Both the position numbers and the translations under genes were made by a program. The notes under the pieces were generated by a model. It was given only the letters and a program-made list of their open reading frames with translations, was not told where the DNA came from and ran no database searches. Shown piece by piece: positions 37,750 through 48,877 of a DNA stretch of 64,000 nt; position 1 is the stretch's first letter; each line of letters opens with the position of its first letter. The stretch lies in contig JBEKIW010000001.1 in assembly GCA_050011565.1 (NCBI GenBank), positions 480,001 through 544,000 on the forward strand, written 5' to 3'. Source of the stretch: Dehalococcoidia bacterium. Its GTDB lineage: Bacteria > Chloroflexota > Dehalococcoidia > GIF9 > UBA5629.

Positions 37750-39576
37750 ATGAAAGAAACTAAAAAACGAACGCGGAAAGTAGCTACGCGAATAGAGCCT
37801 TATTTAATGGCACTGCTTGCGCGGAGATTCGAAGTCATCAACAAAGAAATGACCAATACTCTTTTACGTACAGCACGATCGGCTGTTTTAAATATAGCCA
37901 GGGATTTTTCCTGTGCCATAACCGACAAAGACGCCCGGCTTGTTAGCGTAGCGGAAGGCCTTCCAGTCCATACCGGGACCTCTCACATGATCGCAGAGCC
38001 AGTATTAGAGCTGCATAAGCATGAACTGAAGCCAGGTGACTGCTACTTTAATAACAGTGCCTACTACGGCGGGACTCACCTAGCCGATTTCACTCTTGCT
38101 GTACCGGTCTTTTACAAGAATAAACTAACTTTTATCACCGTGAATAGGGCACACCAGGCAGATTGTGGACATCCCGTACCGACCACTTATAGTTATTTTG
38201 CCAAAGATGTATATGAAGAGGGGCCTCACCTCCCTTGTGTAAAGATACAGCAAGACTATAAGGACGTAGAAGATATTATTCGGATCCTAAAGACGAATAT
38301 TCGTGCATCCGATGTATGGTACGGTGATTATCTAGCCCAACTTGGTGCTGTTAGGATTGGAGAGAGAAGAATAATAGAGCTCTGTGAAAAATATGGCCTT
38401 GATATCATAATGGCATTTTCCGATGAGTGGCAAGAGTATGGCAAGCGCAGGATGATTGAGGCGATTAGAAAGCTGCCTAAAATAACCGCCGCCGGCGAAG
38501 ACTGGCACGACCCTATTCCCCTAGTAGCAAACGAAGGTTTTCCAATAAGGGCAAAGGTTAGCGTGGATCCCGATGAAGGCTATATAACCATTGACCTAAT
38601 AGATAACATCGACAACCTTCCTGGTGGTGTCAATCTGAGTGAGGCAACAGTTACTGCTGGTGCGCTGTCAGGAGTATATTATGTACTCGACCCCACCCTA
38701 CCGCATAACGAGGGTGCCAATAGTAGGGTAAAAATCCTAACCCGCGAAGGTGCCTGCATAGGCAGGCCTAAATTTCCCGCTGGGACAGGCGTGGCAACAA
38801 CCGATGCATATGATCGGCTTGTACTCCTCATTGCTAGACTACTTACTGAAGCACTGGGATATCCCTACGGAACAGCCCAAGGTGCCACCGGCATGAATGG
38901 GGCTCCTGTTGTTTCTGGAACGGACTTCCGCCGGGGTAATAAACTCTATGTTAACCAAATGATCCCACAACTGATTATGGGTGGAGGAGGTCATTATGGG
39001 GCAGATGGATGGGTGACCTATGCACTCCCAGGGGTGTCAGGGATGATGACATCTGGTTCCATTGAGATCCTCGAGCAACTCTACCCTATTAAATATGATA
39101 TGTGCCAAGTTGCGACTGACTCATTTGGCGCTGGTCAGTGGGACGGTGGGCCATCTATGGAAGTGGCCCTAGGGCCCAGGAAAGACCCGGCAATTGTTGT
39201 GAGCGTCAGTGATACCAACAAGTTCCCAGTGAAGGGCGTTCTAGGTGGCCAAGATGCTCCGCTATCTCGGAATCAAAAATATAGCATCGAGAAACCGGCA
39301 GAAAAGACTGATGTAACTCCCACTGGGGTTGAGATGCTACAACCTAACGAGAGGATATATTATTGGAAGAGCGGTGGTGCTGGCTATGGCGACCCATTGG
39401 AACGTGATCCTGAGTATGTAAGACACAGGGCTAGAGAAGAATGGATAAGTTTAGAGAAGGCGAGGGATGTATACGGAGTAGTGCTCGACACCAAACCTGA
39501 GAAATATGCCGTAGCCTATGAGGAGACAAGAAAGGTTCGCGAACAGTTAAGAAAGGAAAGGGGGGAGAAAAAATGA
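37750..39576 (+). CDS. Hydantoinase B / oxoprolinase family subunit
   Basis: DFSCAI, GGTHLAD, AHQAD, E..E..YP and G.GYGDPLERD motifs. Confidence 0.92.
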   Translation: MKETKKRTRKVATRIEPYLMALLARRFEVINKEMTNTLLRTARSAVLNIARDFSCAITDKDARLVSVAEGLPVHTGTSHMIAEPVLELHKHELKPGDCYFNNSAYYGGTHLADFTLAVPVFYKNKLTFITVNRAHQADCGHPVPTTYSYFAKDVYEEGPHLPCVKIQQDYKDVEDIIRILKTNIRASDVWYGDYLAQLGAVRIGERRIIELCEKYGLDIIMAFSDEWQEYGKRRMIEAIRKLPKITAAGEDWHDPIPLVANEGFPIRAKVSVDPDEGYITIDLIDNIDNLPGGVNLSEATVTAGALSGVYYVLDPTLPHNEGANSRVKILTREGACIGRPKFPAGTGVATTDAYDRLVLLIARLLTEALGYPYGTAQGATGMNGAPVVSGTDFRRGNKLYVNQMIPQLIMGGGGHYGADGWVTYALPGVSGMMTSGSIEILEQLYPIKYDMCQVATDSFGAGQWDGGPSMEVALGPRKDPAIVVSVSDTNKFPVKGVLGGQDAPLSRNQKYSIEKPAEKTDVTPTGVEMLQPNERIYYWKSGGAGYGDPLERDPEYVRHRAREEWISLEKARDVYGVVLDTKPEKYAVAYEETRKVREQLRKERGEKK

Positions 39577-41642
39577 CTTATCGGGCTAGCATTGACGTAG
39601 GTGGAACTTTTACTGACCTAGTTTTTACTGATGAAAATGGGGAGCTGGCGGTGTTTAAAGCGTCAACAACGCCACGGGAAACCTGGAAAGGAATGCTTGA
39701 TGCTCTGGAGTTAGCTGGCAAATATTACCAAATGCCGCTGAGTAAACTTTTAGCAGAGACCGCCGCAATTACTTACAGTGGAACAACTGGTACTAACGCC
39801 ATTATTACAGGTACGGGAGCTAAAGTTGGTCTTATATGTACTAGAGGTTTTAGAGACATACTCCTTGCGAGGGAAGCGCCAAGGAAGGAGTCTGCTTACG
39901 ATTGGCCGCCGTTTCCCGAGCCCTACGTTCCCCGATATTTGACCTTGCCAGTAACTGAGAGAATAAATGCTGAAGGCGGTATAGACGTACCTCTTAAAGA
40001 GGACGAAGTCCGCCATGGGGTACGCCAATTTAAGGAATGGAAAGTAGAGGCAATAGCGGTATCGCTTTTATGGTCTATTACCAATCCTATACACGAGGAG
40101 AGGATCGGAGAGATCATCAAAGAAGAACTGCCCGGAATACCCTACGTTTTATCGCATGAATTGAATCCGATCATCCGCGAATATAGGCGAATGATCTCAG
40201 CTGCTATTGATGCTTCGTTGCACCCCATATTAGTGAAAGATATTGATCAGCTCGGCAGGCAGTTGAAGGAAAAGGGGTTTAAAGGAAATCTGCTGGTAGG
40301 TACTGCAAGCGGTGGCGTACTAACACCGGAGGAGGCTTGTAGCCGGCCCATCTATACCATTGGATCGGGTCCAGCGTTAGGTCCTGTTGCAGCTAAATAC
40401 TTCGCCCTAAAAGAAGGAGATAACAATGACGTAATCGTGCTCGATATGGGAGGAACTAGCTTTGATGTCAGTATAGTGACAAAGGGCACTATTGTTGTGA
40501 CAAGGGAGACAATGGTAAAGGATGAAGTATTACCCATAAGTAGGGTAGACGCGAGAAGTGTCGGAAGCGGAGGTGGTAGCATAGCTTGGATCGATCCAGG
40601 AAAGCTCGTGCATGTCGGTCCACAAAGCAGTGGGGCCGAGCCCGGTCCGGCCTGTTACATGAGGGGTGGCAAAGAAGCAACAGTAAGTGATGCCAACCTC
40701 GTCCTTGGTTATCTTGACCCTGATTATTTTCTTGGTGGTAGAATGAAATTAAGTCCTCAGTTGGCACAGGAGTTCATTCAGGGCAAGGTTGCTAAGCCAC
40801 TTAGCTTGGAAGTGCCCGAAGCAGCCTTCACAATTTTTAGCACAGTGACCCACTCTATGATCGCTGCGATACGTGATATAACTATATGGCAAGGCATTGA
40901 TCCCCGGGAGTATCTTATAGTTAGCGGAGGTGGGGCCACTGGCATGCACATCGTGCCCATGGCCCAGGAGCTCGGTGTGAAGCAGGTCCTAATACCTAAA
41001 GTTGCGGGGACACTCAGTGCTCTCGGGGGCCTGGTAGCTGATATAACTACCGAATATAGTGCCAGCTATTTCACGAGCAGCGATCAGTTCGATTATGAGG
41101 CGGCTAACAGTGTATTGGAGTCTCTCCAAAAAAAAGGTGAGGCATTTTTAGCGATGTCTAAAGGGACTTCCCGAGAAGGTAGACTCGAATATTTTGTGGA
41201 GGCGAGATATCCGTACGAAGTATGGGAGCTCTCCATCCCGCTTAGAAGCAATCGAATTAAAGGAGAAAAGGAGCTGGCAAAGCTAATCGAAGACTTCCAT
41301 AATACACACGAAAGGATTTTCGCTGTCAAAGAACCTGGGCAATCTATCGAGTGCATAATCTGGAGAGTAGTAGCAACGACTAAGATAGCACAGATAAAAG
41401 CAAAGGAAATGGCAGCTGGTGGCAAAGATCCATCAGCCGCAATGATTGGCAAGAGAGATGCCTATTTCAAAGACATAGGAGGCTTTGTGAAAACGCCCGT
41501 TTATAGAGGTGACAAGCTAACGAATGGGAATAAGATTGCTGCGCCAGCAATAATTGAGGAGCCTACAACAACGATAGTTCTGTTCCCCGGCTCTAAAGCG
41601 ACCATTACTAGATTCGGCAACTATCTCATTGATGTAGGTTAA
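39573..41642 (+). CDS. Hydantoinase A / oxoprolinase family ATP-binding subunit
   Basis: DVGGTFTD, SGPA.G, DMGGTSFD, G.GGGSIA and GP.S.GA.PGPACY motifs; ATGA overlap with subunit B. Confidence 0.92.
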   Translation: MTYRASIDVGGTFTDLVFTDENGELAVFKASTTPRETWKGMLDALELAGKYYQMPLSKLLAETAAITYSGTTGTNAIITGTGAKVGLICTRGFRDILLAREAPRKESAYDWPPFPEPYVPRYLTLPVTERINAEGGIDVPLKEDEVRHGVRQFKEWKVEAIAVSLLWSITNPIHEERIGEIIKEELPGIPYVLSHELNPIIREYRRMISAAIDASLHPILVKDIDQLGRQLKEKGFKGNLLVGTASGGVLTPEEACSRPIYTIGSGPALGPVAAKYFALKEGDNNDVIVLDMGGTSFDVSIVTKGTIVVTRETMVKDEVLPISRVDARSVGSGGGSIAWIDPGKLVHVGPQSSGAEPGPACYMRGGKEATVSDANLVLGYLDPDYFLGGRMKLSPQLAQEFIQGKVAKPLSLEVPEAAFTIFSTVTHSMIAAIRDITIWQGIDPREYLIVSGGGATGMHIVPMAQELGVKQVLIPKVAGTLSALGGLVADITTEYSASYFTSSDQFDYEAANSVLESLQKKGEAFLAMSKGTSREGRLEYFVEARYPYEVWELSIPLRSNRIKGEKELAKLIEDFHNTHERIFAVKEPGQSIECIIWRVVATTKIAQIKAKEMAAGGKDPSAAMIGKRDAYFKDIGGFVKTPVYRGDKLTNGNKIAAPAIIEEPTTTIVLFPGSKATITRFGNYLIDVG

Positions 41643-41682
41643 TAGGTAAGAGAAGACAATCTCTGAACTATAGAGCAACACG

Positions 41683-42459
41683 TTGATGCTGCAAGTTAGC
41701 AATTTAACCAAACACTTTGGTGGCTTAGCTGCTGTGAACGATCTTTCTTTCGGGGTAGAGAAGGGAGAAATCGTGGGGTTAGTAGGCCCTAATGGGGCTG
41801 GCAAAACTACTGTTTTAAACCTGATTACCGGTTTCTATGAGCCTTCCAAGGGAAATGTAACATTTGAGGGGCGTGACATAACTGGCAAAAAGCCAAGCGC
41901 GATAGCTGCTCTAGGATTAACGCGAAGTTTTCAGTCAAGCGTTCTATTTGATCATCAGACCTGCCTCGAAAATATGCTTATAGCACATCATTTGCAACGA
42001 AAGGCCAACTCTTTCGCCAGAGTATTTGGTACCCGATCCAGCCGAGAAGAGGAGAGGAAAATACGAGGCTTTGCCGAGGAAATCTTGGAGCGCGTGCGCT
42101 TAGTTCAAGTGAACGATCAGCTTGCTGGAAGCTTGCCCTTAGGGTCAAAGCGAGTCTTGGGAATGGCCGTTGTCTTAGCCACTAATCCCAAAATGGTTCT
42201 ATTGGATGAACCAGTAGCTGGCATGGGGCACGCGGAAATCCAAGTTATGAAAAATTTGATTGAGCAGTTAAAGGACGGGGGCCTAACATTTATATTGGTA
42301 GAGCATAATATGAGATTGGTTATGGACATATGCGACAGGATTGTAGTGCTCAATTTCGGCGTAAAACTTGCTGAAGGCACGCCTCGGGAGATAACCAGCA
42401 ACCGACTTGTAATCGATGCTTACACAGGAGGTACAGAGAACAGGGGACATGCTACTTGA
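41683..42459 (+). CDS. livG: Branched-chain-amino-acid-type ABC transporter ATPase
   Basis: FGGLAAV, GPNGAGKTT, LLDEP.AG and VEH motifs. Confidence 0.9.
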   Translation: MMLQVSNLTKHFGGLAAVNDLSFGVEKGEIVGLVGPNGAGKTTVLNLITGFYEPSKGNVTFEGRDITGKKPSAIAALGLTRSFQSSVLFDHQTCLENMLIAHHLQRKANSFARVFGTRSSREEERKIRGFAEEILERVRLVQVNDQLAGSLPLGSKRVLGMAVVLATNPKMVLLDEPVAGMGHAEIQVMKNLIEQLKDGGLTFILVEHNMRLVMDICDRIVVLNFGVKLAEGTPREITSNRLVIDAYTGGTENRGHAT

Positions 42460-43156
42460 ACTAAAAGGCATAGTAGCACACTATGGTGGCGTTGAAGCTG
42501 TCAAAGGCGTTTCTCTGGAGCTTGAGAAAGGAAAACTGATCGGCCTAGTCGGGCCGAACGGAGCAGGTAAGACAACAATTTTGAGAACTATATCCGGGCT
42601 AAAAAAGCCCAGCTCAGGACAGATTCTGCTCCAGGGGGAAAGAATAGACGGGGCATTGCCTGAAAGTATTGTAGCGAAAGGCGTTAGTCAAGTACCCGAA
42701 GGTAGAAGAGTCTTCCCTTACATGACGGTGTATGAGAATTTGAGGATGGGCGGATATCTGCAACAGAACAAAAAGCGCTTTGAAGAGAACCTTTGTTACG
42801 TGTATGAGTTGTTTCCAATACTCAAGATAAAAAACAGACAAATGGCAGGAACCCTAAGCGGTGGCGAGCAACAGATGTTGGCTATAGGGCGCGCTTTGAT
42901 GAGCAATCCAAGGATAGTTTTGATGGATGAGCCAACAATAGGATTAGCTCCATATCTAGTAGAAGCGCTTGCTGAAGCCATTGTTGGGCTGCGGCACAAG
43001 GGCATCAGTGTAATACTAGCAGAACAAAATGTAAAAGTTGCCCTTGACGTTGTTACATGGTGCTACGTGATGGAGTTGGGTGTGATTGTTCTGCAGGGGC
43101 CACCTCAGGATCTCACTCATGATGAACGCATACTGAAAGCCTATCTCGGAGGATAG
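42449..43156 (+). CDS. livF: Branched-chain-amino-acid-type ABC transporter ATPase
   Basis: VPEGRRVF, LSGGEQQMLAIGRALM, EQN and AYLG; start moved to ATG 42449. Confidence 0.9.
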   Translation: MLLELKGIVAHYGGVEAVKGVSLELEKGKLIGLVGPNGAGKTTILRTISGLKKPSSGQILLQGERIDGALPESIVAKGVSQVPEGRRVFPYMTVYENLRMGGYLQQNKKRFEENLCYVYELFPILKIKNRQMAGTLSGGEQQMLAIGRALMSNPRIVLMDEPTIGLAPYLVEALAEAIVGLRHKGISVILAEQNVKVALDVVTWCYVMELGVIVLQGPPQDLTHDERILKAYLGG

Positions 43157-43311
43157 GGTCGCTTTTGGTGAAGAATTACGAGAGAGAAAGGAAATACCTA
43201 ATATGAAAGGAGGGAGAAGGGGATGAAATTTCAGAACTCTAGGTGACTAGAAGGTTGACTTCTTAGATGACTACGGAGTGCTAGAAAGAAATAACACGCA
43301 CAAGGAGAAAA

Positions 43312-44547
43312 ATGAAAAAAATTTTTGCAATATGGTTAATGATTGTACTAGTTGTCACTTTGTCTATTGTGGCTTGTGCCCCAGCAGCACAGGAAGTATC
43401 TTCTAAGACTCTGAAATGGGGGGTATGCTTACCTCTTACTGGTCCTAATGCGGGTTACGGAGTGCCCACGCTCGCTGCAATACAAGTCGAGGTAGCTAAG
43501 ATCAATAGCGAAGGCGGTGTCAAGATAGGAGGAGTCAATTACCAAATTGAGGTTATTGCTGAAGACGACGGGTTTACTTCTGACGGAGCCAAAACCGCGG
43601 GTGAAAAATTAGTTTTTCGTGATAAGGTCAAGTTTATTTGGGGTGGTACAGAATCCAACGATACTTTGGGACTGCAACTGGTTACCGTGCCGAACAAAGT
43701 GATGACCTTTAACACAGCATGGGCAGATACTGTACTAAGGGACCCGGCGACAAAGCAGGCCATTCCTTATTCTTTTAAAGTACTACAAGCTCCTCACGAG
43801 ACGCTCCGGGGAGTATGGGGTTCTATACAGAAAGCCTATCCTGAGATTCACAGGGTTGCTTTGTTTACACCTAATACACTAAGTGGCCATTATGGTCAAG
43901 AACTAAGCGCGAAATTGGTACCGTATCTCGGCTACGAGGTAGTCTATAACGACTATTTTGAGTTCGGCACACCCGATTTCACTTCCTACCTAAGCAAGAT
44001 ACTTGCGACAAATCCCGATATTATCCACGGTTCGGCCACTGGTTTGGCGGACTGGGGCTCAATCATCAAACAGTCCCGGGAGATGGGTTACCAGGGATAT
44101 TTTATGTACGAACTAGCTCTCGGCGGGGATTTGCTTTTCAGCGTAGCGACTAAAGAGGCTGCAGAAGGCTTCATTGGGCTTGATTTTCCTTGGCATGGCC
44201 CCAACACAGTGCCAGAGTTAAAGGATTTCAGTGATAAATACGTAGCCGCAGCTGGATTTTGGTTTCCTGAGTTATGCAATCTGCCCATAGCCGCAGAGTG
44301 CCTTGTTCAGGCGATGCAGACCGCTGGCAGTATAGACGATACTGACAAAATCACACAAATCCTTGAGACTTCGACCTTTAACGTTATGGGCCAAAGTGTT
44401 CAGTTTGCAGGAAAAGAATATTATGGGGCAAACCGTGTTCTGGCTGTACCCTTGACGGTAGCCGTGATAAAAGGGGGTGAACTTGTCCCTATAGGAGCCA
44501 TCTCCGTGGCGGAGCAAGTCTCTCCTTGGCCGCCAGGCCTTGACTAG
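43312..44547 (+). CDS. LivJ/K-type ABC substrate-binding lipoprotein
   Basis: Lipobox IVAC; PLTG..A..G, IN..GG and DF...L.KI....PD motifs. Confidence 0.88.
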   Translation: MKKIFAIWLMIVLVVTLSIVACAPAAQEVSSKTLKWGVCLPLTGPNAGYGVPTLAAIQVEVAKINSEGGVKIGGVNYQIEVIAEDDGFTSDGAKTAGEKLVFRDKVKFIWGGTESNDTLGLQLVTVPNKVMTFNTAWADTVLRDPATKQAIPYSFKVLQAPHETLRGVWGSIQKAYPEIHRVALFTPNTLSGHYGQELSAKLVPYLGYEVVYNDYFEFGTPDFTSYLSKILATNPDIIHGSATGLADWGSIIKQSREMGYQGYFMYELALGGDLLFSVATKEAAEGFIGLDFPWHGPNTVPELKDFSDKYVAAAGFWFPELCNLPIAAECLVQAMQTAGSIDDTDKITQILETSTFNVMGQSVQFAGKEYYGANRVLAVPLTVAVIKGGELVPIGAISVAEQVSPWPPGLD

Positions 44548-44910
44548 GTTGACATTCATTGGTTTCAGTTTTTCGGCAAATGGGTCATCCTTGCTCTTAA
44601 TGTACCGTTGTGTGTAGGTCTGTCAGAAGAACTGAATGGTGTCGTTAAGTTGTTCGCAAGCGATGACTTCGATTTCGTGGTTTCATTCCACGTGTTGAGG
44701 GCAGGGTGAGGATTATGTACATATAAAGAGATATTACGTATCAAGTTCCAGCTAAATGATGTGCAGGCGGGCATAAGCTGAATCTCAACAGCGCTGTGGT
44801 TTTCAATCACTAATGCTGCAAAGTGTTGAGTATCGCTATTGTCCTCCTCAAAACAGCTATGAACGTATAGTCGAAGAATCGCAATTAATATAAAGGGATA
44901 ATACAGCGTC

Positions 44911-45765
44911 ATGGTAACTTCGTTAGCCCAGGTCTTCATTAACGCACTAGAACTAGGTTTGATTTATGCCTTAGTGGCTTTGGGTTTTTCTCTAATTTAT
45001 GGTGTGGGGAGTGTGATATTCTGTACTCACGGTGAAGTGTACATGGTTGGCGCAATGTCCTCTTATTTCTTGACCACTAAACTGGGCTTACCGTTCCCTT
45101 TAGTGCTAATTTCAGTCGGTCTAGGCACAGGTGTCTTTGGCTTATTAATTGAGAGGTTCTTGTTTCGCCGGCTCCGCGGCAATGACTTCGCTATTTTTGT
45201 AGTATCGCTAGCACTAGCTATGGTTATCCTCAACTTGTTCTCAGAAATATTCGGGACTGAACCCGTTCGAGCTAACGAGCTGTTTTCTGGGTACATAGCT
45301 CCAATGGGTGTGAACCTTTCACTAGACAAGATGATAGTAGCACTAATCTCTGTTGGTTTGATACTGGGTTTACACGTCTTCTTTCAGCGAGTAAAGGTTG
45401 GGCAGTCCATGCGTGCCGTGGCGCAGGACCCCGAGGCGGCAGCTTTACAGGGAATTAGCATCAACAAGACCGTTTCACTGACCTTTTTCCTTTCCCTTTC
45501 CCTGGCAGGGGTGGCCGGAGTACTTGTGGCGCCTGTATTTATCATTAATACGGGGATGGGTACTTCTGCTCTCATGAACACTTTTGTGGTTGTAATCTTA
45601 GGTGGCATAGGAAGTTTTCCCGGCGCTATCGCTGGAGGTCTCTTTTTGGGTATTCTGCACGTCGTTGGAGGCCTTTTCATAGGAAAGTTTACCTTTCTCC
45701 TTAGTTTTGTGGCTGTTATCATTTTCTTAGTAGTAAGACCACAAGGATTCTTTGGCCATGAGTAA
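44911..45765 (+). CDS. livH: ABC transporter permease
   Basis: YALVALGFSLIYG, MRAVAQD...A.L.GI, LGGIGS..GA and RPQG motifs. Confidence 0.9.
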   Translation: MVTSLAQVFINALELGLIYALVALGFSLIYGVGSVIFCTHGEVYMVGAMSSYFLTTKLGLPFPLVLISVGLGTGVFGLLIERFLFRRLRGNDFAIFVVSLALAMVILNLFSEIFGTEPVRANELFSGYIAPMGVNLSLDKMIVALISVGLILGLHVFFQRVKVGQSMRAVAQDPEAAALQGISINKTVSLTFFLSLSLAGVAGVLVAPVFIINTGMGTSALMNTFVVVILGGIGSFPGAIAGGLFLGILHVVGGLFIGKFTFLLSFVAVIIFLVVRPQGFFGHE

Positions 45766-46765
45766 ATATGGTTTAATGAAACGTATCTCTGTTTTGACCC
45801 TGACGATCGTCTTGCTAGTCTTGCCAGTAGTGGTGCGTAATGACCAGTTCCTAGTACACGTTCTCATCATGGCAGGCGTTTACTGCATACTTGCTGTGAG
45901 TTTGCGTTTTGTATACTTGGCGAACATATGGCTTGTTGGTCCGGCTGCGTTTTACGCTATAGGAGCTTACGGCGTAACTTTGCTGATGCGTGCAATAGGG
46001 CTGTCATACTGGATTTGCCTTCCCTTGGTCGGCGTTGCAGTGGCAATTATTGCTTGGGGATTTGGGTACGTGACTATAAGAGTACGAGGCCTGTATTTCG
46101 CCATATTAAGTATAGCGTTTATCGAAGTTGTCAGATTGACATTTGTAAACACACTGGGTAACCAAATGCTATTAATGGTTCCTGCTCCTAATCCCATAAC
46201 AATTCCACATTTGTTTACAATAGATTTCGCCAGCAAGATGGACTACTACTACTTCATGTTGGCTTTGTTTGCGATAACCCTATTTATTCTGTTCAGAGTG
46301 GAGAGGTCACCAATCGGGGCAAACTTCAAGGCTATTACAGAGAGCGAATTATTAGCCGAAAGCCTTGGCATAAAAGTCGTACGACATAAAGTCTTAGCAC
46401 TCTGTATAGCAGCTTTTTTTATTGGCATAGCAGGTGGTTTTTTCGCTCCCTATAATCAAACTATAAGCCCGGAGTCTTTCACAATTGGGGCTTCAATGTT
46501 GGTCTTGATTCTGATGGTCGTTGGAGGGACAGGTTCCATTTGGGGGCCAGTGATCGGTGCTACTGTTCTAACAATTTTACCAGAGTATCTCCCTGTTAGC
46601 CCTATTGTCGAGAATTCAATTTATGCGGTGTTTGTAATCCTTATTCTTTATTTTCTGCCAGGCGGTCTTGTAAGTCTCCCTAATGTTATTACAGGACAGG
46701 CTTGGTGGCAAAAAACCAAGGAGGCAAGAAATAACATGCTGGCTCGTATACGTAGGGGGTTCTGA
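45752..46765 (+). CDS. livM: ABC transporter permease
   Basis: AAFYAIGAY, RVRGLYFAI, GG.GS.WGP..GA and P.GL motifs. Confidence 0.9.
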   Translation: MAMSKYGLMKRISVLTLTIVLLVLPVVVRNDQFLVHVLIMAGVYCILAVSLRFVYLANIWLVGPAAFYAIGAYGVTLLMRAIGLSYWICLPLVGVAVAIIAWGFGYVTIRVRGLYFAILSIAFIEVVRLTFVNTLGNQMLLMVPAPNPITIPHLFTIDFASKMDYYYFMLALFAITLFILFRVERSPIGANFKAITESELLAESLGIKVVRHKVLALCIAAFFIGIAGGFFAPYNQTISPESFTIGASMLVLILMVVGGTGSIWGPVIGATVLTILPEYLPVSPIVENSIYAVFVILILYFLPGGLVSLPNVITGQAWWQKTKEARNNMLARIRRGF

Positions 46766-46893
46766 TAGTGACTCAGATCTATCATGTTAGAGCGCCTTGT
46801 GGGTTCCTTAGTGAATTTGCAAGCAGCTTATAAGTGGAACTCAAGTTTTATGAAGTCAAGGAAATCAACAAGATTAAGGAGGTAAATAGTAGC

Positions 46894-48099
46894 ATGAAGA
46901 AGATTATAGTATTGGGTGGGGCGGGTTTTATGGGGTCTGAAATAGTTTACCAATTAGTCCAACGTAGCGATGCCAAGATAATTATTGCTGATGCCAATCT
47001 AAGTAAGTTACAGCAGTTTGGTCAGACTAAGCACGAAGCTAGAAAGATAGCTCTCAATGAGCTGAAAGAGAGGGTGGCTACAGTTGCTATAGATGTTGAG
47101 GACTTCAATAGTTTGGTTCATTTGATTAGAAACGCAGATCTGGTAGTCAGTGCTATTGGGCCATTCTACAAGTATGCCAGTAAAGTAACTAAGGCTAGCA
47201 TTGCGGCTGGAGTAAACTTCATAGACATAAACGACGACTATGATGCAACCAAAGAGGTGCTTTCTCTAAATGAGGAGGCAAGAAAAGCAGGCGTTACTGC
47301 GGTAATAGGATGTGGGGGGAGCCCAGGAATGACAAACATGCTAGCAAAATATGGTGCCGACAAAATGGAGAGAGTAGATGATATTCGCATATTCTGGGCA
47401 GAAAGTGGCATAGACCCAACAGGGCCTGCGGCTGTAACTCATTGGTTCCATATCACATCGGGAGACGTTCCCATGTTTATTGAGGGAAATTGGGTTAATG
47501 TTAAAGCTTTATCGGGGCCCGAAGTTGTAGAGTTTTCTCCTCCGCTTGGTAAGATTGAAGTGCGTTATACAGGCCATGCCGAACCAGTGACTTTGCCACT
47601 CTATATAAAAGGGGTGAAAAACGTAACTATTAAGGGTGCGCTTTTTCCGACTCGTATGATGGAGCTCTATAAAATCTTGACTGAAGTTGGCTTTACAAGT
47701 CTAGAAAACTTCACAGTAACAGAGAAATTATCCGTGCCTCTTAGAGAATTAACGACTAGGATTGTCCGGGCTCTTGGGCATTTCAATCCAGCATATTTCG
47801 AAGCCATGTCTGAGGAGGTATCAAAAATATACCAAGACTCTCCGGGAACAACAAGGGTCGAAGTAACTGGTAAAAGGGATGGAGAAAAAGTGCACTATGT
47901 TTATGAAAGTACGATTGATTCAGTAACTCTTGGTACAGCTATACCTGCGGCAATTGGTGCTCTTATGATTTTGGATGGTAAGGCTAAGGGAACGGGTATT
48001 TTGGCTCCAGAGGGCGCTTTTGACTCTGGTCTATTTATCTCGCTGGCCTCTAAGGACGTGCGGGTACACGAGACAGAAACAAGAAAAAGGGCAATATGA
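46894..48099 (+). CDS. Saccharopine-dehydrogenase-like oxidoreductase 3
   Basis: GGAGFMG, GPFYKY, GGSPG and HAEPVTLP motifs; SD AAGGAGGT before ATG 46894. Confidence 0.88.
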   Translation: MKKIIVLGGAGFMGSEIVYQLVQRSDAKIIIADANLSKLQQFGQTKHEARKIALNELKERVATVAIDVEDFNSLVHLIRNADLVVSAIGPFYKYASKVTKASIAAGVNFIDINDDYDATKEVLSLNEEARKAGVTAVIGCGGSPGMTNMLAKYGADKMERVDDIRIFWAESGIDPTGPAAVTHWFHITSGDVPMFIEGNWVNVKALSGPEVVEFSPPLGKIEVRYTGHAEPVTLPLYIKGVKNVTIKGALFPTRMMELYKILTEVGFTSLENFTVTEKLSVPLRELTTRIVRALGHFNPAYFEAMSEEVSKIYQDSPGTTRVEVTGKRDGEKVHYVYESTIDSVTLGTAIPAAIGALMILDGKAKGTGILAPEGAFDSGLFISLASKDVRVHETETRKRAI

Positions 48100-48124
48100 A
48101 TTTTGTTTAGGAGGTAAGTAAGAA

Positions 48125-48877
48125 ATGGATTTCTCTTTGGAAGGTAAGGTGGCTCTGGTGACCGGTGGCAGCCGTGGCATCGGTGAGGCTATTGCCTTGG
48201 GGTTGGCCAAGGCTGGTGCTGATGTTGCCATAGCCAGCCGTAAGCTGCCTGAACTGGAGAAAGTAACTGAAAAGATAATTGGATTGAGGAGAAAGTCGTT
48301 GGCTATAGCCGCGCATGTAGGCAAGCTCGAAGAAATAAACAATCTGGTTGGCAAGGTCAAGGCTGAGTTTGGGAGGATTGACGTCCTGGTGAATAATGCT
48401 GGTACCAACCCGACTATGGACCAGGCTATAGACATAGAGGAGCGTGCTTGGGACTCCATTATGAACCTCAATTTGAAAGGTTTGTTCTTTCTCAGCCAGG
48501 TAGTGGCCAGGCTAATGAAGGAACAGGGTGGAGGCAAGATTGTAAACGTTGCCTCAGTAGCTGGAATTACCCCCGATATATTACCAGTTTACTCCATCAG
48601 TAAAGCTGGGGTGATCATGGCGACTAAGGTCATGGCGCAGCAATGGGCTAAATACAATATTAGGGTGAATGCCATAGCGCCGGGACTGACCAAGACCCGC
48701 TTCAGTGAAGCTCTTTGGAATAATCCAGAGGTCCTAAAGGGTGCAATGAGCACACTTCCTATGAGGAGGGTAGCCGAACCAGAAGAAATGGTAGGAGCTG
48801 TCATTTACCTAGCCTCCGATGCCTCTAGCTATGTAACCGGGCAGGTTCTCGCCATAGACGGTGGTGCCACTATATGA
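48125..48877 (+). CDS. Short-chain dehydrogenase/reductase (DHRS4-like)
   Basis: TGGSRGIG, NNAG.NP and YSISK motifs. Confidence 0.92.
   Translation: MDFSLEGKVALVTGGSRGIGEAIALGLAKAGADVAIASRKLPELEKVTEKIIGLRRKSLAIAAHVGKLEEINNLVGKVKAEFGRIDVLVNNAGTNPTMDQAIDIEERAWDSIMNLNLKGLFFLSQVVARLMKEQGGGKIVNVASVAGITPDILPVYSISKAGVIMATKVMAQQWAKYNIRVNAIAPGLTKTRFSEALWNNPEVLKGAMSTLPMRRVAEPEEMVGAVIYLASDASSYVTGQVLAIDGGATI

Noticed and set aside
44565-44939. 124-aa antisense ORF in the Liv spacer
   Set aside because: Overlaps the livH start on the opposite strand and shows no motifs.
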